Origin: Campylobacteraceae bacterium
GTDB taxonomy: Bacteria; Campylobacterota; Campylobacteria; Campylobacterales; Campylobacteraceae
Direction of reading: 5' to 3'
DNA: 47,346 bases
Assembly: GCA_031259875.1 (NCBI GenBank)
Contig: JAIRKW010000118.1
Coordinates: forward strand, 1 to 47,346
Shown: positions 1 through 8,215 of the stretch, piece by piece
Layout: each line of letters starts with the position of its first letter
Numbering within the stretch: the first letter of the stretch is position 1
Made by a program: the position numbers and the translations under genes
Notes under the pieces: generated by a model
Databases searched by the model: none
Told to the model about the DNA's origin: nothing
Seen by the model: the letters and a program-made list of their open reading frames with translations, nothing else

Positions 1-4
1 CGCA

Positions 5-310
5 TTATAGTTTTTTGCTCCGAATTTTATCTCGCCACTTATTCGCATTAAAATCCATATTAAAAGTTAAATCTTTCATATTATTAGTAAGCGATAATTC
101 ATTGACACTGTTTGCGATATCTTCTATATGCTGTTTTATGACAAAAGATTTGGAGTCGAGTGATTGAGTACTGCTGCTCATACTGCAATCAGAAATTAAC
201 TCTCTGCTATTGTAGTTCACAATAGTTTCAAAATTTTCAGGCTCTATTTTTACAACAGATTCTATTCCATTAAATTTAATATCGGCGGTACTATTATGAT
301 AATTTACCAA
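5..310 (-). CDS. hypothetical protein, possibly the 3' part of a frameshifted gene
   Basis: 101-codon ORF opened only by TTG (308-310) with AAGAGG too close to act as SD. No recognisable motif. It overlaps by 7 nt the end of a 49-codon ORF (304-453) in another frame, and an A6 run (316-321) sits at the junction. Confidence 0.3.
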   Translation of the reverse strand: MVNYHNSTADIKFNGIESVVKIEPENFETIVNYNSRELISDCSMSSSTQSLDSKSFVIKQHIEDIANSVNELSLTNNMKDLTFNMDFNANKWRDKIRSKKL

Positions 311-453
311 GCCTCTTTTTTCAAAAGACTCTTTTCATCATAATCATAACTTAAATACAGAGTTCCGATTTTAAAAATATCAAAGCTTTTCACGCCAAAC
401 TCTGCTCTGTTTTCTATCGTTACACTTGAAACAATATCGTTTGATACTATCAT
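304..453 (-). CDS. short hypothetical ORF (49 aa), possibly the 5' part of the same disrupted gene
   Basis: My own translation: ATG at 453-451, MIVSNDIVSSVTIENRAEFGVKSFDIFKIGTLYLSYDYDEKSLLKKEAW, stop TAA 306-304. Below the size cut-off of the ORF track. Confidence 0.2.
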   Translation of the reverse strand: MIVSNDIVSSVTIENRAEFGVKSFDIFKIGTLYLSYDYDEKSLLKKEAW

Positions 454-648
454 CGATAATTTTGTTTTACATGCAGAGCTAAAAAGTCCTCTAGTTCATA
501 TTTAAAACTGAATCTATCAAAATAACTTGTTTCATCTGTAAAAGCTTTATGTATTTGATAGTTGACATAAAACGCACTAAAATAAATATAGTGTGGCGAC
601 AATTGTAATGCCGCCGCAAACAAATACAATATCTTTCGTTTCTATCAT

Positions 649-2046
649 TTAAAAATTGTCATTATATTCGGTAAAATCGCTACCGTATTCAGTTACGCTC
701 TTATATATCCTGCCGTTTAGGAAAAAGTCCCCTCTTTTGAACTCCAATGTGCCTTTATATAAACCATTTTCAGGCCTCATACCCGTATCTTCTTCAAATG
801 CTTCAATGCTCAAATTAATCTCTTCATTTAACGCTTCTTGAAATGCCTCGTCATCTTCAGGGTCATATCCGTAGTAATTTGTACCAGTCTTTTGTTCAAA
901 ATATTTTCTAAGCACCTCTTGCATAAATTCAAAATCTATTTTTGCATCAATATCTTTATTCAAATTTGCATAGACATTCATCAAATCTCCATCGCCGACA
1001 TATTGCACAAAACCGCTCATTTTAGCACTTTGATTGGCATATTTGCCGCTAAACTCTTCAACTGTAATTTTGGGATGTTTGGCAAGTATGTTAGACATAT
1101 ACCCAAAAAGAGAAAGCACAACAAAACTTGCTTGATTGCTGTTTGTCGGATCTATTTTTTGCACAGCTTCGGTTATTTTTTTCATACTCTCCAAATCCAA
1201 ATTTTCAAGATTAAAATTAAGCACAATATCGCCAAACGATACATCTGCTGCGCTTTCAATGTCAGAGTATTTCAATTCACCAAATGAGATTTTATTGATA
1301 TTTGTGATTGTTGAGGACTTTCCTGTATCAACATTTGAGTTAATTTTAAGATTTGATAGTAAAAAATTCATTGAATACTTGTCAGAAAGCTCTACTTTAC
1401 TTATGGCAATATCGGAATTGCCCATCCAAAGACCTTCTTTTTTAATAGAGCGGGATTTGTACTTTTGTTCTTCTAAAACAAAAAATTCACCAAATGCACC
1501 CTCAAATTTAATAAGCGGAATATCCGCGTCAAAATTAAACTTATCTCTTTTGAAAGATATAAAAAAGTCGGCTTTTGTATTTTGCCAAGTTATATTATCG
1601 TTCTCTCCTGAATATATATTGTATGTGCTGATATTACCACCGTTTATAACTATACTGCCATCGATTCCGCCAACTATTACATTGCTTTTAACGTTAAACT
1701 CTTGCTGCAAAATTTCAGGAATTTCATCATTGCCGCTGGAAATAATTTTGCCTTTTGTATTTATGGAGCCGATTTTGAAAGGATTAAACCGCATACCAAA
1801 TACTACTTCATGCTCCAATACTAAAAATGGTTTATTGTCTAATGAAACCTCAGTTTTATAATTGCCTTCTAAAAGCGTTGTCTTAGACTCTGCTAATTTC
1901 CATTTTAAGCCGGCAGACTCATATAAAACACCATTATCGTGATTAAAAAAAGCATTTATTTTTTTATTTGTATAATAAACACCAAATATAAAATATCCAC
2001 TTATTAAAATAAGTAAAACCAATACGAAAATAGCTATTTTTTTCAT
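649..2046 (-). CDS. DUF945/YdgA-like membrane-anchored protein
   Basis: ATG 2046 preceded by AGGAGGAG. One N-terminal TM helix followed by YYTNKKIN, about 440 aa of soluble region, and a C-terminal FFLNGRIY. Length, topology and these motifs resemble E. coli YdgA as I remember it. Confidence 0.6.
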   Translation of the reverse strand: MKKIAIFVLVLLILISGYFIFGVYYTNKKINAFFNHDNGVLYESAGLKWKLAESKTTLLEGNYKTEVSLDNKPFLVLEHEVVFGMRFNPFKIGSINTKGKIISSGNDEIPEILQQEFNVKSNVIVGGIDGSIVINGGNISTYNIYSGENDNITWQNTKADFFISFKRDKFNFDADIPLIKFEGAFGEFFVLEEQKYKSRSIKKEGLWMGNSDIAISKVELSDKYSMNFLLSNLKINSNVDTGKSSTITNINKISFGELKYSDIESAADVSFGDIVLNFNLENLDLESMKKITEAVQKIDPTNSNQASFVVLSLFGYMSNILAKHPKITVEEFSGKYANQSAKMSGFVQYVGDGDLMNVYANLNKDIDAKIDFEFMQEVLRKYFEQKTGTNYYGYDPEDDEAFQEALNEEINLSIEAFEEDTGMRPENGLYKGTLEFKRGDFFLNGRIYKSVTEYGSDFTEYNDNF

Positions 2047-2136
2047 AAAAACTCCTCCTGAAAAATAAAAGCCTATTCTATTCTAAGTAAACTTATTTAT
2101 AGATTATTTGTTGATATCGTTAAAATTGAAGGGGGA

Positions 2137-2213
2137 TGGTGGGTCCTGCAGGACTCGAACCTGCGACCAATCCGTTATGAGCGGATTGCTCTAACCAACT
2201 GAGCTAAGGACCC
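2137..2213 (-). tRNA. tRNA with CAU anticodon (elongator Met or lysidine-modified Ile2), CCA encoded
   Basis: The reverse complement folds as a cloverleaf: acceptor GGGTCCT/AGGACCC, D stem GCTC/GAGC, anticodon stem ATCCG/CGGAT with loop CTCATAA, T stem GCAGG/CCTGC with loop TTCGAGT, then A-CCA. Total 77 nt. Confidence 0.9.
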
Positions 2214-2261
2214 AAAAAGTTTTAAGGGTGAAATTATAACCATCTTTCCTTAAAAAATAAT

Positions 2262-3368
2262 TTATGAGTGATATTTGACCAATTTATGTGCAGGATCAAA
2301 GCGAAATGCCAATAAATTTTCTAATATGCCGAAAAATATCATAAAAGTGATAAAACTACTGCCGCCATAGCTGAAAAATGGCAAAGGAATACCCACAACC
2401 GGCGCAAAACCAATCGTCATGGCTATATTCGCGCTCACATGTATAAAAAGTGCAAATGCTATGCCTGCAACCATTGTCCGCGTAAAGTAGTCATTTCTGA
2501 AAGTTATCGAAAGCGTTATTAAATGAAATATTAAAAGCGCGTACAACAAAAGTAAAGTAAATCCCCCGAAAAAGCCTTTGCGCTCAATGAGAGCAGGAAA
2601 TATAAAATCACTTGTTGCTATAGGCAAAAACTTAAACTGCGTCTGCGTTGCTTCATTTTTATCTTTGCCAAATAATCCGCCGGAACCTATAGCGATGATA
2701 GACTGCTCAACGTGATAGCTTGGTTTGTCGCTCAAAAAATCTTCGATTCTCTTTTTTTGATAATCATGCAAAAAACTATACGCCACAGGACTTCCGATTG
2801 CGATAATAAGAGCAAAAAATATCCATACGCGCTTATTGACGCCTATGATAAAAAGTACGCCGTACCCAATGGACAATAATACAATGGCTGTTCCAAGATC
2901 GGGCTGTTTGGCTATCAACAAAAACGGCAATAGTATAAAAACGCTTATTTTTATAAATTCTGCAAAACCGTATCCGTCCTGAGGCGGCGGCATTTGCTTA
3001 ACAATATAGCAGAGCATAAGCAAAAAAATCGGCTTAAAAATCTCTGAGGGCTGAATAGTAAAATCCGTAAACGGCAGACTAAGCCACCTTTGACCGCCAA
3101 GTTTTTGGGAACCAAAAAACTCCACACTTAATAATAGCGCTATACCTATCCAGTAAAAAAATGGTATAAGCCACTCAATTTTTCTAATCGGAATCAAAAA
3201 AAATAGAAAGAAAACACAAAATCCTATAGAAAAATAGATAATCTGCTTTGTCGCCAACATTACACTGGATTCGGATATAAGATAATATGACAGTGCAACA
3301 ATAGGTATAACGATGATTGGTATTAAAAAGTCAAAATGAGTTATAACGCGTCTATCTACATACAACAA
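2262..3368 (-). CDS. rodA: SEDS-family peptidoglycan glycosyltransferase RodA
   Basis: Polytopic membrane ORF of 368 codons. SEDS-like motifs QPSEIFKP, KQPDLGTA and C-terminal GIPLPFFSYGGSS. TTG start. Same neighbourhood as in C. jejuni. Confidence 0.85.
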   Translation of the reverse strand: MLYVDRRVITHFDFLIPIIVIPIVALSYYLISESSVMLATKQIIYFSIGFCVFFLFFLIPIRKIEWLIPFFYWIGIALLLSVEFFGSQKLGGQRWLSLPFTDFTIQPSEIFKPIFLLMLCYIVKQMPPPQDGYGFAEFIKISVFILLPFLLIAKQPDLGTAIVLLSIGYGVLFIIGVNKRVWIFFALIIAIGSPVAYSFLHDYQKKRIEDFLSDKPSYHVEQSIIAIGSGGLFGKDKNEATQTQFKFLPIATSDFIFPALIERKGFFGGFTLLLLYALLIFHLITLSITFRNDYFTRTMVAGIAFALFIHVSANIAMTIGFAPVVGIPLPFFSYGGSSFITFMIFFGILENLLAFRFDPAHKLVKYHS

Positions 3369-3432
3369 GTGAAAATCCGTTTTTAAAAAAAATTTTTGTA
3401 TTATAACAGATAAGAAACCAAATAGGAATAAA

Positions 3433-4401
3433 ATGCCCGAAAAGAAATTTACATGTTCTGCTCAAAACATACGATTAGACCACTTTTTAACAACAGAGCT
3501 TAACGTCTCAAGAAACCGCATTACCGAACTTATAAAAAGCGCTCTTGTATCAGTCAACGGCACAGTGCAGACAAAAGCAGGCTTAAAATTAAATGAAAAT
3601 GATACTATCACCATAGAATTTCCAGAACCAAAAAAAATTGAAAAGTATAAAGTTGATTTTGATGTTCCGATAATATTTGAAGATGATGATATTTTAATCA
3701 TAAACAAACCGCCGTATTTAACCGTCCACCCTGCCCCAAGCGTCAAAGAACCGACTTTGGTTGACTGGCTTAAAGCCAAAAACATCTCTTTGTCCACCCT
3801 AAGCGGCGAGGAGCGCAACGGCATAGTCCACAGAATAGATAAAGAGACAAGCGGCGCACTCATTGTTGCTAAAAATAATGCCGCCCATGCAAATTTAGCC
3901 AAACAGCTTGAAAACAGAACCTTAGGGCGTTATTATCTAGCGCTTATAGATTATCCCCTGAAAAACGATACAATAGTAGACAAACCTATCGGAAGAAATC
4001 CTAAAAACCGCCTAAAAATGGCTGTTACCCAAAACGGCAAAGCTGCAAAAAGTGCGTTTTGTTCACTACTGACAAATGAAAGTGAAGAGATAGAGTTAAT
4101 CGCCGCAAAACTCTTTACAGGCAGAACACATCAGATAAGAGTACATTTAAATGCGCTCGGACGGCACATTTTAGGCGATGATTTATACGGTTTTAAGAGC
4201 CAAAAAGATAAAATTAATAGAGTTATGTTACACGCTTATTGCTTATACTTAATTCATCCTGCAAGCGGCAAAAAGATGATTTTTACCGCACCATTGTATG
4301 ATGATTTCAAGGAAGAGCTGTTAAAATTCTTTACAAAGGAGAATATTAATGAAACGCTTCATGCCGATACTATTACTTTGCGCTTTGACACTGTTTTTTA
4401 G
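3433..4401 (+). CDS. rluD: 23S rRNA pseudouridine synthase, RluD/RluA family
   Basis: AGGAA SD before the ATG. S4-like N-terminus, catalytic-Asp motif HRIDKETSGALIVAKN, and GRTHQIRVH motif. Confidence 0.85.
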   Translation: MPEKKFTCSAQNIRLDHFLTTELNVSRNRITELIKSALVSVNGTVQTKAGLKLNENDTITIEFPEPKKIEKYKVDFDVPIIFEDDDILIINKPPYLTVHPAPSVKEPTLVDWLKAKNISLSTLSGEERNGIVHRIDKETSGALIVAKNNAAHANLAKQLENRTLGRYYLALIDYPLKNDTIVDKPIGRNPKNRLKMAVTQNGKAAKSAFCSLLTNESEEIELIAAKLFTGRTHQIRVHLNALGRHILGDDLYGFKSQKDKINRVMLHAYCLYLIHPASGKKMIFTAPLYDDFKEELLKFFTKENINETLHADTITLRFDTVF

Positions 4402-5584
4402 CGCTTGTCAAAATCCAGCACTTCCAAAAAAACCTGTCATCGACCCAAATATGCCGACAGTTACAAATATTAAGATGCTTCCCGATATAACGCAAATAGC
4501 TCTTGAATGGTCTCCCATTTATGATTTAAACGTTGAAGGATATCACATCTACAGAGGCGATGCTGTTAATAACAACGGTACACTTGACCGCATAGCGACT
4601 ATAAGCGATAAATATACCGCTCACTTTACAGATACAAAACTCAAAGCCGGTACCACATACATATACAGAATCAGTACATTTTCGAATGACAAACGCGAGT
4701 CAAATCCAAGCCAGCCGGTGAAAATAGCTACAAAAAATCTTATTGAGCCTGTTCCGTACGTACAGGCAATGTTAGGACTTCCCAACCGCATAAAGCTTAT
4801 CTGGCGTCCGCACCCATCGGAGAGAGTTTCTGCATATGTCATAGAAAGAAATGACTTTGATTCGGCAAAATGGTCATATTTGGCTACTGTAGAAGGTAGA
4901 TTAAGCGCAGAATACATAGATAGCGGATTAAACAGCGGCAAATCATACAGATACAGAGTTATTGCCAAAACTTATGACGGTATTTTGTCCACACCAAGTC
5001 AAATCGTAGATGCGCAGACAAAACAGCTTCCGCCGATTATAGATAATCTCAAAGCAAGCCGCGATTTACCGCGTAAAATAGTCCTCTCGTGGGATGCATC
5101 GGTATATCAGGATGCTGCGTATTATAATATCTATAGAGCAAACTTCTCAAATCTTTTCTATACCCTTTTAGTCAAAACAAAAGCTACGAGTTATGAAGAT
5201 GCAATAAAAGACGACGGAGCGGCAAAATACTACTATGTAACGGTTACAGATAAAGATGGTTTGGAGTCACAAAGACAAGCAGTACCCGTGATGGGCGCTA
5301 CACTTGAAGTACCATTAGCTCCCAGCATAAATGTAATAAAACATGACGCTTCCAATGTATTGCTTGGATGGAATGATAATTCCGGAAGAGCAGAAAGATA
5401 CCGTATAGAGCGCACAAGCAAAAGCGGCACGCTCATTTATACTAATGTAATGTATAACACTTTTGTAGATAAAGATATAACCTCAGGCGTTGAATATAGT
5501 TACATCGTTTACGCTATTGACGTCAATGGACTCGTATCTAAACCGTCCGCAAAAGCTGTTATTGCTATCCCAAATGTTCAATAA
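4349..5584 (+). CDS. flpA: fibronectin type III repeat lipoprotein, FlpA-like adhesin
   Basis: AAGGAG SD 7 nt before ATG 4349. Signal peptide ending in lipobox-like LFFSAC. Four ~90-aa repeats, each with a conserved Trp (LEW, LIW, LSW, LGW) and a YxYRI/YRYRV/YYYVTV/YSYIVY strand. 411 aa, between rluD and trmB as for C. jejuni FlpA (from memory). Confidence 0.65.
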   Translation: MKRFMPILLLCALTLFFSACQNPALPKKPVIDPNMPTVTNIKMLPDITQIALEWSPIYDLNVEGYHIYRGDAVNNNGTLDRIATISDKYTAHFTDTKLKAGTTYIYRISTFSNDKRESNPSQPVKIATKNLIEPVPYVQAMLGLPNRIKLIWRPHPSERVSAYVIERNDFDSAKWSYLATVEGRLSAEYIDSGLNSGKSYRYRVIAKTYDGILSTPSQIVDAQTKQLPPIIDNLKASRDLPRKIVLSWDASVYQDAAYYNIYRANFSNLFYTLLVKTKATSYEDAIKDDGAAKYYYVTVTDKDGLESQRQAVPVMGATLEVPLAPSINVIKHDASNVLLGWNDNSGRAERYRIERTSKSGTLIYTNVMYNTFVDKDITSGVEYSYIVYAIDVNGLVSKPSAKAVIAIPNVQ

Positions 5585-5597
5585 ATTAAAATAGTCT

Positions 5598-6758
5598 ATG
5601 CCTAATTTTATAACTAAGACTATTGTTAAACCTGCGCTCCCATTCAAAAGCGGCAGGTGCGATTTTTTATGGGAAGTAAGTTCTGATAGTTCGGACTATA
5701 TTTTTACGCGCTGCGATGGAGAAGAGTTTTTTATACAAATAAAAGGCAAAGAGCCTAAAATTATAGTAAAAGGCGAAAAAATTTCACGTCCTTCTCAAGT
5801 TATCTTTTTGCAAAATGCGCTTGAAGAGTATGCCAAAAAAGCCGTCTGTGATATTATTGCGAGCAATATCATACCTGCTTCCAACAGACTCAAAGAGAGA
5901 AATCCTATTATTAAAGAAATAGATTTTTTCGCACAAAATTTCGCATTTGATAAAGAGTTGTTTTTAGAGATAGGATTTGGCAGCGGCAGACATCTTTTAC
6001 ATCAAGCCAAAAATAATCCCGACAAACTCATAATCGGTATAGAAATACATAAACCATCCATTGAGCAGGTTGCCAAACAATGCAATATTTCAGGACTTAA
6101 AAATGTAGCTTTGATTGATTATGACTCAAGAATTTTAATGGAGTTTTTACGCTCAAACTCTATCTCCAAAATCTTCATCCATTTTCCTGTTCCATGGGAT
6201 AAAAAACCACACAGAAGAGTCATAAACCCATATTTTGTAAATGAGGCTTTGAGAGTTTTGAAACCAGACGGTACGCTTGAACTTAGAACAGACAGTCATA
6301 TGTATTACGCTTATGCGCTTGATATTTTTATGCAAAATCCACGCGCCGATGTGAGGATTTTTAAAAATTTTGACCTTGAAATCAGCAGTAAATATGAAGA
6401 CCGCTGGAAGAGATTGGAGAAAAATATATACGATATCACATTAACAAACACCCAATCACATCCTGAAAATAGCCCGCTTTCAAAACTTAGCTTTGATTAT
6501 TTAAACAATATTGATAAAATCATACGAGATTTTACTCCCAAGCTTTTCAGAGGAGAAGATTTTTTTGTACATTTTGAAGAGATGCATACAGACCATAAAA
6601 GAGCCGTAATAAAAGCAGCATTCGGAGCTTATGAAAGAGTTGAACATCTATTTATTATCATTCAAGAAGACAAGATATCATACTTTCCAAACGACGCATA
6701 TGCTGTAAAAGCAAATAAAAAAGCTCACGAGATTATAAAAAAGTGGCTAAATGAATAG
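5598..6758 (+). CDS. trmB: tRNA (guanine-N7)-methyltransferase with N- and C-terminal extensions
   Basis: SAM-binding LEIGFGSGRHLL and a TrmB-like FPVPWDKKPHRRV motif in the middle third of a 386-aa ORF. Confidence 0.8.
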   Translation: MPNFITKTIVKPALPFKSGRCDFLWEVSSDSSDYIFTRCDGEEFFIQIKGKEPKIIVKGEKISRPSQVIFLQNALEEYAKKAVCDIIASNIIPASNRLKERNPIIKEIDFFAQNFAFDKELFLEIGFGSGRHLLHQAKNNPDKLIIGIEIHKPSIEQVAKQCNISGLKNVALIDYDSRILMEFLRSNSISKIFIHFPVPWDKKPHRRVINPYFVNEALRVLKPDGTLELRTDSHMYYAYALDIFMQNPRADVRIFKNFDLEISSKYEDRWKRLEKNIYDITLTNTQSHPENSPLSKLSFDYLNNIDKIIRDFTPKLFRGEDFFVHFEEMHTDHKRAVIKAAFGAYERVEHLFIIIQEDKISYFPNDAYAVKANKKAHEIIKKWLNE

Positions 6759-7419
6759 TCTAATAGAGATGAATTCGCTCTCCTTAGGATATGGCGGCAA
6801 GCCTGTTATTGTAGATGCCACAGCCATTATAGAGCAGAAAGATTTTGTATTTATCGTCGGTAAAAGCGGCAGCGGCAAAAGCACTATTTTAAAATCCATC
6901 TACGGAGAAATAGCGCCAAATACAGGTAATTTAAGCGTTTGCGGACTTGATATGAAAAATATCACCAATGCAAAACTAAATACTTTAAGACGCCATACCG
7001 GCATTGTTTTTCAAGATTATAGACTTATAAACGAATGGACAATCGAAAAAAATGTAATGCTGCCCTTAATAGTGAACGGCTTTGCAAAATCCGTTTGTAT
7101 CAACCAAGCACACAAACTTCTAAAACATGTCAAACTTTTACATAAAGCAAATAAATATCCTCTGGAATTAAGCGGCGGAGAACAGCAAAGAGTCGCAATG
7201 GCAAGAGCATTAGCGCACAATCCCGTACTAATATTGGCGGATGAACCTACCGGTAATCTTGACGATTACTCAAGCGAAGTGATTTGGAATTTACTTCGCA
7301 GCGCAAAAGAGTTTTTAAACACAACTGTGGTTGTTGTAACGCACCATATACCATCAACAATCAATATTCATTATAAACACTTTTTTATAGACGAAGGTTT
7401 TTTGCATGAAATTGTTTAG
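6751..7419 (+). CDS. ftsE: cell-division type ABC ATPase FtsE
   Basis: Walker A GKSGSGKST, signature LSGGEQQRV, Walker B LILADEPTGNLD. 222 aa with no TM. The start overlaps trmB by 8 nt. Confidence 0.8.
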   Translation: MNSLIEMNSLSLGYGGKPVIVDATAIIEQKDFVFIVGKSGSGKSTILKSIYGEIAPNTGNLSVCGLDMKNITNAKLNTLRRHTGIVFQDYRLINEWTIEKNVMLPLIVNGFAKSVCINQAHKLLKHVKLLHKANKYPLELSGGEQQRVAMARALAHNPVLILADEPTGNLDDYSSEVIWNLLRSAKEFLNTTVVVVTHHIPSTINIHYKHFFIDEGFLHEIV

Positions 7420-8215
7420 AAATCACTTTTCTGTTGTTTTTTCACTCTTCGTATTGTTATGCAGTCTGCAATTTGTTGTACTTATAAACAAAATTATAAA
7501 AGAGTATGAAGACTATCTCGTAGACGACTACTCTGTCATTGTCAGTTCCAAGAGTGCTTTAAACAAAGAGGAGCTTATAAAATATAAGCCAATTATTAAA
7601 TCTGTAGATGAGATTGACACAACAGTAGTTTTGGAGCGTTTTAAAAATGATACAGCTTTTTCATATATTGAGAATATTAAAGAATCAATGCCCAAATTCT
7701 ACACGCTAAAACTTGAACGCTTTCCTTCTGACACTATCGCAAATTCATTGAAAAATGACCTCTTAAAGTATCCGTCAATCACAAGAGTAGAAATTTTTGC
7801 CAAAACATACAATAAAATTTATCACATATTAAAACTTTTGAATTTTATCGTATCTGTTTTTACCGTTTTTATCGCCGTTATTTCACTGCTTCTTATCACA
7901 AAACAGATGCGTATTTGGACTTATGAACATCAAGAGAGAATGTTTGTAATGAATCTCTTCGGAGCTTCGTTTTGGCGAAAAAGTGCTGTTTTGTATAAAA
8001 TGGCTGTTATAGACTCTGTAACGGCTGCATTTTGCACAGCAGTCATTTTTTATATATTTGATAAAATTCCCATTACCGTAAACACACTAGAACAGTTAAG
8101 CATCAAGGCGCCGTCATTTGATATTCTAACAGAAGGCGGTATCTTGTTTGGTATCGCGCTTGTTATATCTATAGTTTCTGCGACTTTAGCAATGATGAAA
8201 GTAAAACAAGCTTAA
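7406..8215 (+). CDS. ftsX: FtsX-like permease
   Basis: One N-terminal TM, a ~110-aa extracytoplasmic loop, then three C-terminal TM helices. The start overlaps ftsE by 14 nt. Sequence is divergent, so the call rests on topology and context. Confidence 0.6.
   Translation: MKLFRNHFSVVFSLFVLLCSLQFVVLINKIIKEYEDYLVDDYSVIVSSKSALNKEELIKYKPIIKSVDEIDTTVVLERFKNDTAFSYIENIKESMPKFYTLKLERFPSDTIANSLKNDLLKYPSITRVEIFAKTYNKIYHILKLLNFIVSVFTVFIAVISLLLITKQMRIWTYEHQERMFVMNLFGASFWRKSAVLYKMAVIDSVTAAFCTAVIFYIFDKIPITVNTLEQLSIKAPSFDILTEGGILFGIALVISIVSATLAMMKVKQA

Noticed and set aside
656-1861. Three plus-strand ORFs (656-841, 838-1287, 1136-1861; up to 241 aa) opposite the DUF945 gene
   Set aside because: They lie entirely antisense to a well-formed gene with a strong SD. 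Their products are Ser/Leu/Ile/Phe-rich low-complexity strings typical of antisense frames in AT-rich DNA. No SD and no motifs.
1-2136. Genomic island integrated at the tRNA(CAU) 3' end
   Set aside because: No direct repeat of the tRNA 3' end and no integrase are visible in the available 2.1 kb. The evidence is limited to decayed small ORFs.
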